Part shown: positions 18,963 through 26,501 of the stretch, in pieces
Layout of the letters: every line of letters starts with the position of its first letter
Position numbering within the stretch: position 1 is the first letter of the stretch
Virus record (IMG/VR): IMGVR_UViG_3300029479_000004
Coordinates: 1-59,532 of that record
Origin: a virus
DNA length: 59,532 nt
Direction: 5' to 3' (one strand)
The notes under the pieces: model-generated
The model's input: only the letters and a program-made list of their open reading frames with translations
Database searches by the model: none
Told to the model about the DNA's origin: nothing
Position numbers and translations under genes: made by a program

Positions 18963-19724
18963 ATGTTTAACACAGGTAATTGTGCATCTGTTCCGCTTGT
19001 CGCAAACATTGACGGAAACGGAAATAACAACGGATGGGGCGCAGAAGGCTCATGGTTATGGTTCATCATCGTTATCTTTGCCATCTTTGGATGGGGTGGA
19101 TTCGGTAACGGATTCGGAGGAAACGGAATGAATGGTGGTGTCGGAAGCGAAATCCAGCGCGGATTTGACAACCAGGCAGTTGTGTCAAAACTTGACGGCA
19201 TTTCGAATGGTCTTTGTGACGGATTCTATGCAGTACAAAACGGCATGAACGGCATCAACACAAACATTTTGCAGACCGGATTCGGCATTCAGCAGGCTAT
19301 CAATGCTGATACAGTCGCTAATATGCAGAATACAAACGCATTACAGTCACAGCTTGCTAACTGTTGCTGCGAGACAAGAGAAGCTATCCAAGGCGTAAAC
19401 TACAACATGGCAACTAACACTTGCGCTTTGCAGAACACCATGAACAGCAACACGAGAGACATTATCGACAGTCAGAACGCAGGAACACGCGCTATTCTCG
19501 ATTATCTCTGCAATGAAAAGATTTCTAGCTTACAGGCAGAAAATAGCGACCTTCGCAGAGCGGCTTCACAGGATCGTCAGAGTGCATTGCTTACAACTCA
19601 GATGGCAGCTCAGACGCAGCAGATTATCAATGCAGTAAATCCGTCTGCTATCCCGGCATATGTCGTACCTAATCCAAATGCTTATGCATATGGATGTGGA
19701 TGCAATACAGGATGTGGCTGCTAA
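18963..19724 (+). CDS. Gly/Asn/Cys-rich membrane-anchored protein (YjcZ-like Gly-rich TM segment, GCGCNTGCGC tail)
   Basis: GGAGG RBS. GWGAEGSWLWFIIVIFAIFGWGGFGNGFGGNG, an internal CCC, and a C-terminal YGCGCNTGCGC. Confidence 0.6.
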   Translation: MFNTGNCASVPLVANIDGNGNNNGWGAEGSWLWFIIVIFAIFGWGGFGNGFGGNGMNGGVGSEIQRGFDNQAVVSKLDGISNGLCDGFYAVQNGMNGINTNILQTGFGIQQAINADTVANMQNTNALQSQLANCCCETREAIQGVNYNMATNTCALQNTMNSNTRDIIDSQNAGTRAILDYLCNEKISSLQAENSDLRRAASQDRQSALLTTQMAAQTQQIINAVNPSAIPAYVVPNPNAYAYGCGCNTGCGC

Positions 19725-19794
19725 AACTGAATAATTGAGTATCTTAATTGAGTTTAACTCGATCATGTCTGCTATGCAGTATTACTTACAATCA

Positions 19795-19825
19795 AAGGGC
19801 AGACTGTAATGTTTGCCCTTATTTT
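19795..19825 (+). terminator. hairpin terminator
   Basis: AAGGGCA...TGCCCTT followed by ATTTT. Confidence 0.5.
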
Positions 19826-19845
19826 GTGAAAGAGAGGTAAAAATA

Positions 19846-20265
19846 ATGGAAGTAACAGGAATTGCATTACAAGCCGTTGCTGCTGGAGAAGATGTTGCAT
19901 TCACAGAAACAGCAGTAAACGGAACAAAATGTATCGTACACAGACAGGGAAGTGGAATTATCAAGTTAAGAGGTATCACCAATCAGTGTAAGGCTAGATT
20001 TTTGGTATCGTATTCCGGCAACATTCAGATCCCGACAGGCGGCACAGTTGGAGAGATTTCTCTTGCAATCGCGGTTGATGGAGAGCCTTTGCAGTCAACA
20101 AAGATGATCGTAACCCCTGCGGCAGTTGAGAATTTCTTTAATGTATCAGCACAAGCATACGTTGATGTGCCTTGCGGTTGCTGCAGTACCGTAGCCGTGC
20201 AGAATACATCCACACAGGCTATCGAGGTTCAGAACAGTAATTTGATTGCAGTAAGGGAGGCTTGA
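19846..20265 (+). CDS. beta-rich protein resembling BclA C-terminal (TNF/C1q-like) exosporium domains
   Basis: 139 aa. The pattern and ending ...VQNTSTQAIEVQNSNLIAVREA recall the BclA-CTD architecture. Judged from memory, not searched. Confidence 0.4.
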   Translation: MEVTGIALQAVAAGEDVAFTETAVNGTKCIVHRQGSGIIKLRGITNQCKARFLVSYSGNIQIPTGGTVGEISLAIAVDGEPLQSTKMIVTPAAVENFFNVSAQAYVDVPCGCCSTVAVQNTSTQAIEVQNSNLIAVREA

Positions 20266-20269
20266 TATT

Positions 20270-20950
20270 ATGCATAAATTTGCGAAACAGATTATGGATT
20301 GCGTGAAAGCCCACGTTGATGGCATCGGAATCGAGAATTTTGAGGGTCAAAACCTTGATGATCTTAAGGACTGGACGGAGATTGCAAAGAACATCGTATG
20401 CTTTGACAAAGACTACAACATTGTTGAAGCCATGAAAAAGTCTGAAGATGAAGAAATTATGCGCATGGTGGAAGAATTTGGGGACTATCCGGAAAGAAGA
20501 TACTACAATGAGTACCGGTACTCAAACGGAAGATTCGCACCAAAAGGGCGTGGAACACGCAGAGGATATGTAGAACCTCCATATTACCATCAGATGCCGG
20601 AAGATTACCGAGAGTGGGAGAGCATGCCGGAATACGACCGAATGAGAGACCTTGACAGAATGAGTATGGGGAAGATGTATTATTCAGAGCCTATGAGCGG
20701 AAATAATGGCATGAGTACCGGTACTCACGATGCAAGAGAGGGCAGAGCCGGTATGAGCCGGAGAAGCTACATGGAGACAAAGGAAATGCATAACGGAAAT
20801 TCACCGGAAGATAAGGACGCAAAGATGAAAGAACTTGAAAAGTACATGAAATCTCTTTCGGAAGATGTGACTGAACTGTTTTCCGGTATGTCCCCAGAAG
20901 AGAAACAGTTGACCAAGACAAAGCTGACTACGCTTGTCACGAAAATGTAA
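20270..20950 (+). CDS. Tyr/Arg/Met/Glu-rich protein, unknown function
   Basis: Central segment RRYYNEYRYSNGRFAPKGRGTRRGYVEPPYYHQMPEDYREWESMPEYDRM. Confidence 0.55.
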   Translation: MHKFAKQIMDCVKAHVDGIGIENFEGQNLDDLKDWTEIAKNIVCFDKDYNIVEAMKKSEDEEIMRMVEEFGDYPERRYYNEYRYSNGRFAPKGRGTRRGYVEPPYYHQMPEDYREWESMPEYDRMRDLDRMSMGKMYYSEPMSGNNGMSTGTHDAREGRAGMSRRSYMETKEMHNGNSPEDKDAKMKELEKYMKSLSEDVTELFSGMSPEEKQLTKTKLTTLVTKM

Positions 20951-20953
20951 TAG

Positions 20954-20978
20954 AGAGGGCATTTTGCCCTCTTTGTTT
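20954..20978 (+). terminator. rho-independent terminator
   Basis: AGAGGGC-ATTTT-GCCCTCT followed by TTGTTT. Confidence 0.7.
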
Positions 20979-20991
20979 GCGAGGTGGTAAA

Positions 20992-21309
20992 TTGTTCACG
21001 ATAAACAATAAAGTTTGGAATTTGGTCAAAGTATCGCGTTACAGCGATATGCTACAGAGAAGTGACGGAAGCAGAACGGTAGGAATGACCGACAGGAACA
21101 CGAAAACGATATATCTTGCGGATGATCTACGCGGAAAATTCCTTGACCGTGTGTTATGCCACGAATTATGTCATGCGTTCTGTCTTTCGTATAATGTATA
21201 CATGGATATTGATACAGAGGAAATCATAGCAGACTTCTTGGCTACATACGGAAGAGAAGTATTTGAAATAGCAGACAGACTATTGATTGAACTTATGGAG
21301 GTTGCATAA
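20992..21309 (+). CDS. small HExxH zinc-metallopeptidase-like protein
   Basis: VLCHELCHAF motif. TTG start after GAGGTGG. Confidence 0.45.
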   Translation: MFTINNKVWNLVKVSRYSDMLQRSDGSRTVGMTDRNTKTIYLADDLRGKFLDRVLCHELCHAFCLSYNVYMDIDTEEIIADFLATYGREVFEIADRLLIELMEVA

Positions 21310-21467
21310 TGGATAAAATTTCAGAACTCTTACAGTATGTGCGCCGGACAAATCCGGAAATGACGAGAGAAAGGCTGATAGAAGAGTTGAGCAAAAGTGA
21401 TTATGCTGCGCGGTCTTTGATTTTTACGAAAGAAAATTTTTTCCGCGCCGCAAAAAATATTTCGTAA
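21309..21467 (+). CDS. small hypothetical protein (52 aa)
   Basis: TAATG overlap with the upstream gene. Read manually. Confidence 0.3.
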   Translation: MDKISELLQYVRRTNPEMTRERLIEELSKSDYAARSLIFTKENFFRAAKNIS

Positions 21468-21701
21468 TTTTTTTGTACCCCCTGGGGTAGAGTTTTTGGG
21501 GTCGAGATTCCATTTTCACGGATTCCCCAAAACGTGTAACAAACGTGCAAATATCTGCGACATTCCGCAAATAACACAAATACACCATATATTATGTTAT
21601 ATATAGATAATGCACTGATGATATTTGATAATATTGCCGGTCACAGGCAAACGCCAAAAGACGCTTGCCCGGCTTAGTTACAATCTAGCATAGACCGCAT
21701 T

Positions 21702-21947
21702 TTACCACTTGTCAAGATAGTTTTTCCCGTCGTACCGGCTGTAAGTGTGTGTTATGTTTTCCGGTCTTTGCGTGATCTGCATCCAGTCACCGCCACGTTG
21801 GACGGTTATTTTGGTTTTTGCAGACTCCACCCATTCCACACCCTCGAACTTGGAATAGCCGCACATTTTGCCAAATATTTCCGGATAGCCAAGAGCAGAC
21901 ACCCGGCGCATGATTTCCCTTTTGCCGATATACTCATATTTCCCCAT
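21702..21947 (-). CDS. hypothetical protein
   Basis: 81 aa with RBS AAGGAGGTG. Confidence 0.55.
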   Translation of the reverse strand: MGKYEYIGKREIMRRVSALGYPEIFGKMCGYSKFEGVEWVESAKTKITVQRGGDWMQITQRPENITHTYSRYDGKNYLDKW

Positions 21948-22258
21948 CTTTCACACCTCCTTATATCGTGTTTATTTGTCAATGCGCGTTATATGTCCGC
22001 ATCCGGCTGAACGGTGTGCAATCTGTTTTTTGTTGGAGATGCACAAGCTCCAAAGTGCCGCAATAGTGACGGCTTGCGATCTTGCCGCCGCTCTTAATGA
22101 TAGAACGGTAGAAACGAGCTTTCCCGCGTGTCTTGCGTCTGCATTAAAGCAGATCAACCGCGATTATTTACGGCTGCGGCGCGCCGTGTGACGGCAATAT
22201 GCCGCCATATAACCCGATGCAGTCCCAATATATGACCATCGGTTAATAAATCCACGCC

Positions 22259-22275
22259 GCCGGAATCGAACCGGC
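22259..22275 (-). terminator. hairpin carrying the tRNA T-loop 11-mer GGTTCGATTCC
   Basis: Minus sense GCCGG-TTCGATT-CCGGC, about 55 nt downstream of the 22330 stop. Confidence 0.4.
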
Positions 22276-22329
22276 TCACAACGCCACCAGGCACGCGGAA
22301 AGGGGCGGAAGAGTACCGCCCTAAGTGCT

Positions 22330-22659
22330 TTATTTTGCTTTTTTAACCGATATAATACGATCATCGGTTTTATCCTTTGGCGTGCCGTTGTCGCTGATCT
22401 TAACAATAACTTTCTGTCCGTCTTTAAAATGCAAGTCGGTGTCCGTGTCGGACATTTCCCAGATGTTCCCGTCTGCGGTATAGATGTCAAAACCTTTCCC
22501 AGTCAGTCTTTCGCAGTCCTCGTAGGTATAGGTATAACTAAAATTCCGTACGGTTCCGCGCACTTTGTAGGTGCGCGCGGCCTTTGCTTCCGTTGTTGCT
22601 GGTGCAAGGTTTACAAGGGTAACTGCAGTTAATACAATAGCTAAAATTTTCTTTTTCAT
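22330..22659 (-). CDS. small secreted protein (signal peptide)
   Basis: MKKKILAIVLTAVTLVNLAPATTEAKA. GGAGGAAAACAGTC RBS before this ATG. Confidence 0.6.
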   Translation of the reverse strand: MKKKILAIVLTAVTLVNLAPATTEAKAARTYKVRGTVRNFSYTYTYEDCERLTGKGFDIYTADGNIWEMSDTDTDLHFKDGQKVIVKISDNGTPKDKTDDRIISVKKAK

Positions 22660-22745
22660 GACTGTTTTCCTCCGTTTTTTGTTTTTATGCACTCAAAATT
22701 GAGTAAAACCGCCGCCGGTAGTGATCCGGCGTGCATCCTCTGCGG

Positions 22746-22985
22746 TTATTTTAATTCAAAGGCATAATATAAAATTTCCCCGTTATCTCCCTTTACTGCC
22801 TTAACGGTGGTTAATTTTTCTAATGCTTGTGACATTGGGGAGCCATATGTTCCACGCTCCCAAAGCCTGGACTTTTCCGCCATATTCCAAAAGCAACCAA
22901 CTTCTATACCTGTTGCAAATCCTGAATACTTCGCAAATGTCTTTTTGATAAAATTTTCGCACCATTCAACCTTGATTTTTCTCAT
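22746..22985 (-). CDS. hypothetical protein
   Basis: 79 aa with RBS GGAGGAATAGG. Confidence 0.5.
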   Translation of the reverse strand: MRKIKVEWCENFIKKTFAKYSGFATGIEVGCFWNMAEKSRLWERGTYGSPMSQALEKLTTVKAVKGDNGEILYYAFELK

Positions 22986-23033
22986 TTTCCTATTCCTCCA
23001 CATTCTAAATTTTTCCGGTTATTCCGGTAAAAA

Positions 23034-23074
23034 GCAAGCCGGGGAATCGAACCCCGGAAAACGCCGCCGCTTGC
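23034..23074 (-). terminator. tRNA acceptor/T-arm-like minihelix terminator
   Basis: Minus sense GCAAG...CCGGGG-TTCGATT-CCCCGG-CTTGC followed by TTTTT. Abuts the stop at 23075. Confidence 0.55.
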
Positions 23075-23350
23075 CTAATCTGCTAAAATCTGTCTAGCCG
23101 TGTTAAATACATACAATCTGTTGTGGCTGTGCCGCTTAAAATCTCCGTTTTCAGTAATCACGCGCCCGCTATTTGGGTATTTGAGGCTTACAACGGTTAA
23201 ATACTTGTTTAAAAGTTCATCCGGGCATTTTAGGCATTCTATAGCGTTTTCTATGGTGCTTTTCTTGCTATTGCAATAAATTCCCTCAATGCGTACCCCT
23301 TTTTCTTTTTCCAGCTTGTCAAACTCTTTCAACAATTCTGCTTTTGTCAT
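23075..23350 (-). CDS. hypothetical protein
   Basis: Starts MTKAELLKEFDKLEKEKG with AAGGATGG 8 nt upstream. Confidence 0.5.
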   Translation of the reverse strand: MTKAELLKEFDKLEKEKGVRIEGIYCNSKKSTIENAIECLKCPDELLNKYLTVVSLKYPNSGRVITENGDFKRHSHNRLYVFNTARQILAD

Positions 23351-23369
23351 ATAATCAACCATCCTTTCA

Positions 23370-23516
23370 TTATTCAAAAATGAACCCGTAGCCGCTAGTC
23401 TGTGCGGCTCTCTGAAATTCTTCTTTTCCGTACTTTTGATACATCTTTTCAAGGTTCGCGGAAATGTCAAACCCTGCAAGTTTTAACTCAAACAGTATTT
23501 GTATTTTGTCGTCCAT
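23370..23516 (-). CDS. small hypothetical protein (48 aa)
   Basis: Read manually; RBS AAAGGGAAAAC. Confidence 0.35.
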   Translation of the reverse strand: MDDKIQILFELKLAGFDISANLEKMYQKYGKEEFQRAAQTSGYGFIFE

Positions 23517-23593
23517 GTTTTCCCTTTCTGGTCTGCCATCATCAGAGCCGGGAGACCATCCCGCGGCTGACGCTCCAGATCGGAGCGTTTCGG

Positions 23594-23731
23594 CTAATCA
23601 AGAAATTTTTCAATTTCTTCATCCGTCATATTTTCAACTTCCTTTCGTGCCGGTATTGGGTTCATTTCCATTTCCCCGACTAAATAAGCAAATGCAATGC
23701 TGGAAAGCATTGTTCTTTCTTCCCTGCTCAT
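23594..23731 (-). CDS. small hypothetical protein (45 aa)
   Basis: ATGA coupling to the upstream ORF. Read manually. Confidence 0.35.
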   Translation of the reverse strand: MSREERTMLSSIAFAYLVGEMEMNPIPARKEVENMTDEEIEKFLD

Positions 23732-23904
23732 GCGTCTTCCTCCTCAACATATTTTTTAAGATCGCTTTCTGTTAAATGATCAGCTACTAAATTGTGATCC
23801 TGATTGTATAACTCATATTCATTTTCAACGGTTCCGAAAAAACCGTCGAACTGGTTGCATACGTGATAACCAGCTTTTTCTAATTTCTTAATAATTTCGT
23901 TCAT
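23728..23904 (-). CDS. small acidic protein (58 aa)
   Basis: GGAGGAAACGGAA RBS before MNEIIKKLEKAGY. Confidence 0.5.
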   Translation of the reverse strand: MNEIIKKLEKAGYHVCNQFDGFFGTVENEYELYNQDHNLVADHLTESDLKKYVEEEDA

Positions 23905-23955
23905 TTCCGTTTCCTCCGTTTCCTGTGCTTCATTTGATACTTGTATTATACAGAA

Positions 23956-24076
23956 ATTAAGCACTAAAGTATATAGGCAAAACATACAAAATTAAGCACT
24001 AATATTATATTAGAAATTGTACATTATTATTAAGCACTAATTAAGTATTGACAATTAAGCACTAACTATATATAAT
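23956..24076. promoter_or_regulatory. divergent control region: four ATTAAGCACTAA operator repeats plus a consensus promoter (TTGACA-17-TATAAT)
   Basis: Repeats at 23956, 23991, 24029 and 24054. -35 at 24048..24053 and -10 at 24071..24076. A repeat fills the spacer. Confidence 0.7.
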
Positions 24077-24104
24077 GTAAGAAAAAATACGGAGGTGCAG
24101 AAAG

Positions 24105-24296
24105 ATGGACGAAAACACAAAAGCAGAAAAGAACAGGCAAGCGGTAAAGAAATGCATGAGTAATAAAGATAGAATAAACATTATATTACCGCTTGGAACA
24201 ATAGAAAGAATCAACTCATACGGATTAAAAACAAGCGCATTTGCTAGAGAATTGATTCTTGCAGAACTCGATAAAATGGATAGAATGAAAAAATAA
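24105..24296 (+). CDS. ribbon-helix-helix (CopG/Arc-like) regulator
   Basis: 63 aa. RINIILPLGTIERIN...SAFARELILAEL fits a beta-strand plus two helices. Confidence 0.6.
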   Translation: MDENTKAEKNRQAVKKCMSNKDRINIILPLGTIERINSYGLKTSAFARELILAELDKMDRMKK

Positions 24297-24299
24297 TGA

Positions 24300-24351
24300 A
24301 TTAAGCACTAATTAAGTATTGACAATTAAGCACTAACTATATATAATGTAA
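24300..24351 (+). promoter_or_regulatory. exact 52-bp duplicate of the promoter/operator block 24029..24080
   Basis: Identical 52 nt including two ATTAAGCACTAA repeats. -35 at 24319..24324 and -10 at 24342..24347. Confidence 0.75.
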
Positions 24352-24390
24352 TCAGATCAAAGAAATAGAGCACCGAAAGGAGAAAAGAAC

Positions 24391-24771
24391 ATGATTAAAT
24401 GGAAAGCAACAAGCGTGAACGGACTTGTGGAATATGAGCAGGAAGCGGAAAGCTTCAAGGAGCTTTTTGATGAACTGGACGAAAGGGGAATAATTAGCGA
24501 TCCAGATTTTCCACTTTATGATACGGCACTCTTGGAAAAATACGGGAAATCATTTGATGATGCCGATTTTAAAGATGAGAGCGGCGAACTTGATTATGGG
24601 AAAGTTGATAATTTCTTAGATGGAAAAGAGTTATCCGATAAGGAATTATACGAATTAATATGCTCCCGGAATGGAGAAGCATATTATCAAAAATTTATGA
24701 GAGAAACCGAAAACGGCATCGTTGAAATCGGGGAATCAGATTTTGATAAAACCGGCAAATACAAATATTAA
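24391..24771 (+). CDS. highly acidic small protein, unknown function
   Basis: 126 aa rich in Asp/Glu. Driven by the duplicated promoter. Confidence 0.55.
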   Translation: MIKWKATSVNGLVEYEQEAESFKELFDELDERGIISDPDFPLYDTALLEKYGKSFDDADFKDESGELDYGKVDNFLDGKELSDKELYELICSRNGEAYYQKFMRETENGIVEIGESDFDKTGKYKY

Positions 24772-24936
24772 AAATGCCGGTGGATAATCCACCGGCAACA
24801 GTCACGTAAATTTGAATAGGTACTAAACCTAATCTTCCATAACTTACGTGGCTAAGAATAACATATAATAGATCAAAAGTCAAGAAAATATTTTGACAAC
24901 ATTTATATTAACCATACAAGAAAGGAGAAACGAGAT

Positions 24937-25224
24937 ATGAAAATTAACGGAATAGGGGTAGTAAAGAAACAGGATGCAATGAGCATCTTAACAAGAGAGG
25001 GAAGAAAAGCCGTAAAAACCGGATCGATTACAACTGAAGAACTTGGTCAGATGTACAAGTTAAGACAGATTGAGAAAGCTTCCAAAATCGGCAGTATGGG
25101 CGATACATTCCGGGAATCGTATAAGTGGATTCCGGACGATCTGAAAGAAGAGCTTACACCGGAACAGCTTGGAAAACTCGTAGATAGCTTTTATGAATGC
25201 TACGGAGCAGGAAAGAACGCATAA
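24937..25224 (+). CDS. hypothetical protein
   Basis: 95 aa with RBS AAAGGAGAA. Confidence 0.5.
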   Translation: MKINGIGVVKKQDAMSILTREGRKAVKTGSITTEELGQMYKLRQIEKASKIGSMGDTFRESYKWIPDDLKEELTPEQLGKLVDSFYECYGAGKNA

Positions 25225-25242
25225 GAAAGAGAGGAAAACATT

Positions 25243-25479
25243 ATGACAGCAAATGAGGTATTAAAAAATTTAAAGGCAATGATCGGAAAAGAAATGGATT
25301 TTGACGATGTTGTATGTGCGTTTGAAGATTTCGAGGAAGGTGGAGAAACAAGCGTATATGTGGGAGAGAGCAACAATAACGGATATGACTATATAGCATA
25401 TATTGACGCTCCGGAATCCACACAGTTTTTAATTAAAGTGAACCACGAGGACGTTATCGAAGACGTGTGGATGTTATAA
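25243..25479 (+). CDS. acidic small protein
   Basis: 78 aa with RBS AGAGAGGAAAA. Confidence 0.5.
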   Translation: MTANEVLKNLKAMIGKEMDFDDVVCAFEDFEEGGETSVYVGESNNNGYDYIAYIDAPESTQFLIKVNHEDVIEDVWML

Positions 25480-26018
25480 TGGGCGAATATATTCGTTATA
25501 ATGGAAGCCGTGTAAAAAACATAAAAGGACAGCATTTCGGGCATTTGATTCCGCAGAAAGTAGTGGGGATAAAAAATAAATATGCAGTTTGGGAATGTCT
25601 ATGTGAATTATGCGGTGGAACAAGAGAAGTTTCTGCAAAGCGTTTAAACTCCTGCAGTAACACAACAATGTGCGAAAAATGCAAAAAAGAAAGAGAGGAA
25701 AACAAAATGAAGAACTACAAAGAATACGAGAAAAGGTTTATAGGGTCAAGCGATATTGCGGCATTAATACTTGTCGGATGCGATGAAAACGGATTGAAAA
25801 CAAGCACTCTTGATTTTGGCGAAGATGGAAGCTACATGGCATACGTCGTTGACGAGGACGCGGAGATAGGTGCACATTATAAAAAAGTTGCTGATTTTAA
25901 GCACTGGCTCAAGATTTATGATGATGACGAATTGACATACCGGGTTAATGCACAGGAGATAAATATATATCGCGCTGGAGATTTTGGTTGTATCATACAG
26001 ACGATTGGCAAACATTAA
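25479..26018 (+). CDS. zinc-finger protein (possibly with an internal start at MKNYKEY)
   Basis: TAATG overlap. GQHFGHL...WECLCELCGG...CEKC pattern. Internal RBS AGAGAGGAAAACAAA. Confidence 0.45.
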   Translation: MGEYIRYNGSRVKNIKGQHFGHLIPQKVVGIKNKYAVWECLCELCGGTREVSAKRLNSCSNTTMCEKCKKEREENKMKNYKEYEKRFIGSSDIAALILVGCDENGLKTSTLDFGEDGSYMAYVVDEDAEIGAHYKKVADFKHWLKIYDDDELTYRVNAQEINIYRAGDFGCIIQTIGKH

Positions 26019-26081
26019 AAGAAATCGAGTGGGAAAGATTAAGAATCTGACCCACTCATTTTCATCACTGAGAATATAATT

Positions 26082-26147
26082 ATTTCAATCCGTGCATCCG
26101 GGGGAATTGCTCCAGATACCACGCGCAGAGCATCCACTGCACGCGAC
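26082..26147 (-). ncRNA. CRISPR-repeat-like structured RNA unit A
   Basis: Minus sense GTCGCGTGCAG-TGGATGCT-CTGCGCGTGG, a second hairpin, then CACGGATTGAAAT. Homologous to unit B with compensatory stem changes. Confidence 0.45.
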
Positions 26148-26192
26148 GCAAAAACATAAATTAAATGCTTTGCTTTTACTAAAAAGACTATT

Positions 26193-26257
26193 GTTTCAAT
26201 CCGTGGTCGCCGGGATCGCTGGCGGCACCACATCGGCAAGCATCCATGCCGTGTGAC
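26193..26257 (-). ncRNA. CRISPR-repeat-like structured RNA unit B
   Basis: Minus sense GTCACACGGCA-TGGATGCT-TGCCGATGTGG, a second hairpin, then CACGGATTGAAAC. Confidence 0.45.
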
Positions 26258-26457
26258 ATATCTATAGTCTATCATAAGATCGGGCAAAATGTAAGTAAAT
26301 ATTTAACAAAGGGCAACTTTTCTGGCTGCCTTTTCTTTTTGCCATGTCCAAAATCAACAACGCATCAGGGCATATCTTACAAAATCTCCGAAAAACCGTA
26401 AACAAACCATAAAACTTTTCTTAAATTTTTATAAACAATGATAGTTGTATTAGGTTC

Positions 26458-26487
26458 TTGACAAGTCCGAAAATGATAGAATAGTAT
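26458..26487 (+). promoter_or_regulatory. candidate promoter (TTGACA, extended -10 TGaTAGAAT)
   Basis: TTGACA at 26458..26463 and TGATAGAAT at 26474..26482. Spacing is non-canonical. Confidence 0.35.
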
Positions 26488-26501
26488 CAGTTTTTACAAA
26501 A

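Noticed and set aside
21948-22329. ORFs of 61-108 aa on both strands in the GC-rich spacer
   Set aside because: They overlap each other or the 22330..22659 gene out of frame and lack an RBS. The region is kept as non-coding of unknown function.
26082-26257. Canonical CRISPR array
   Set aside because: There are only two units, about 65 nt each and substantially diverged from each other. There is a single 45-nt interval and no cas genes. It is reported as CRISPR-repeat-like ncRNAs instead.
26039-26287. 82-aa minus-strand ORF spanning the intergenic region
   Set aside because: It exactly covers the two structured repeat units. It is Arg-rich with no RBS, and the conservation pattern between the units is compensatory (RNA-like), not codon-like.
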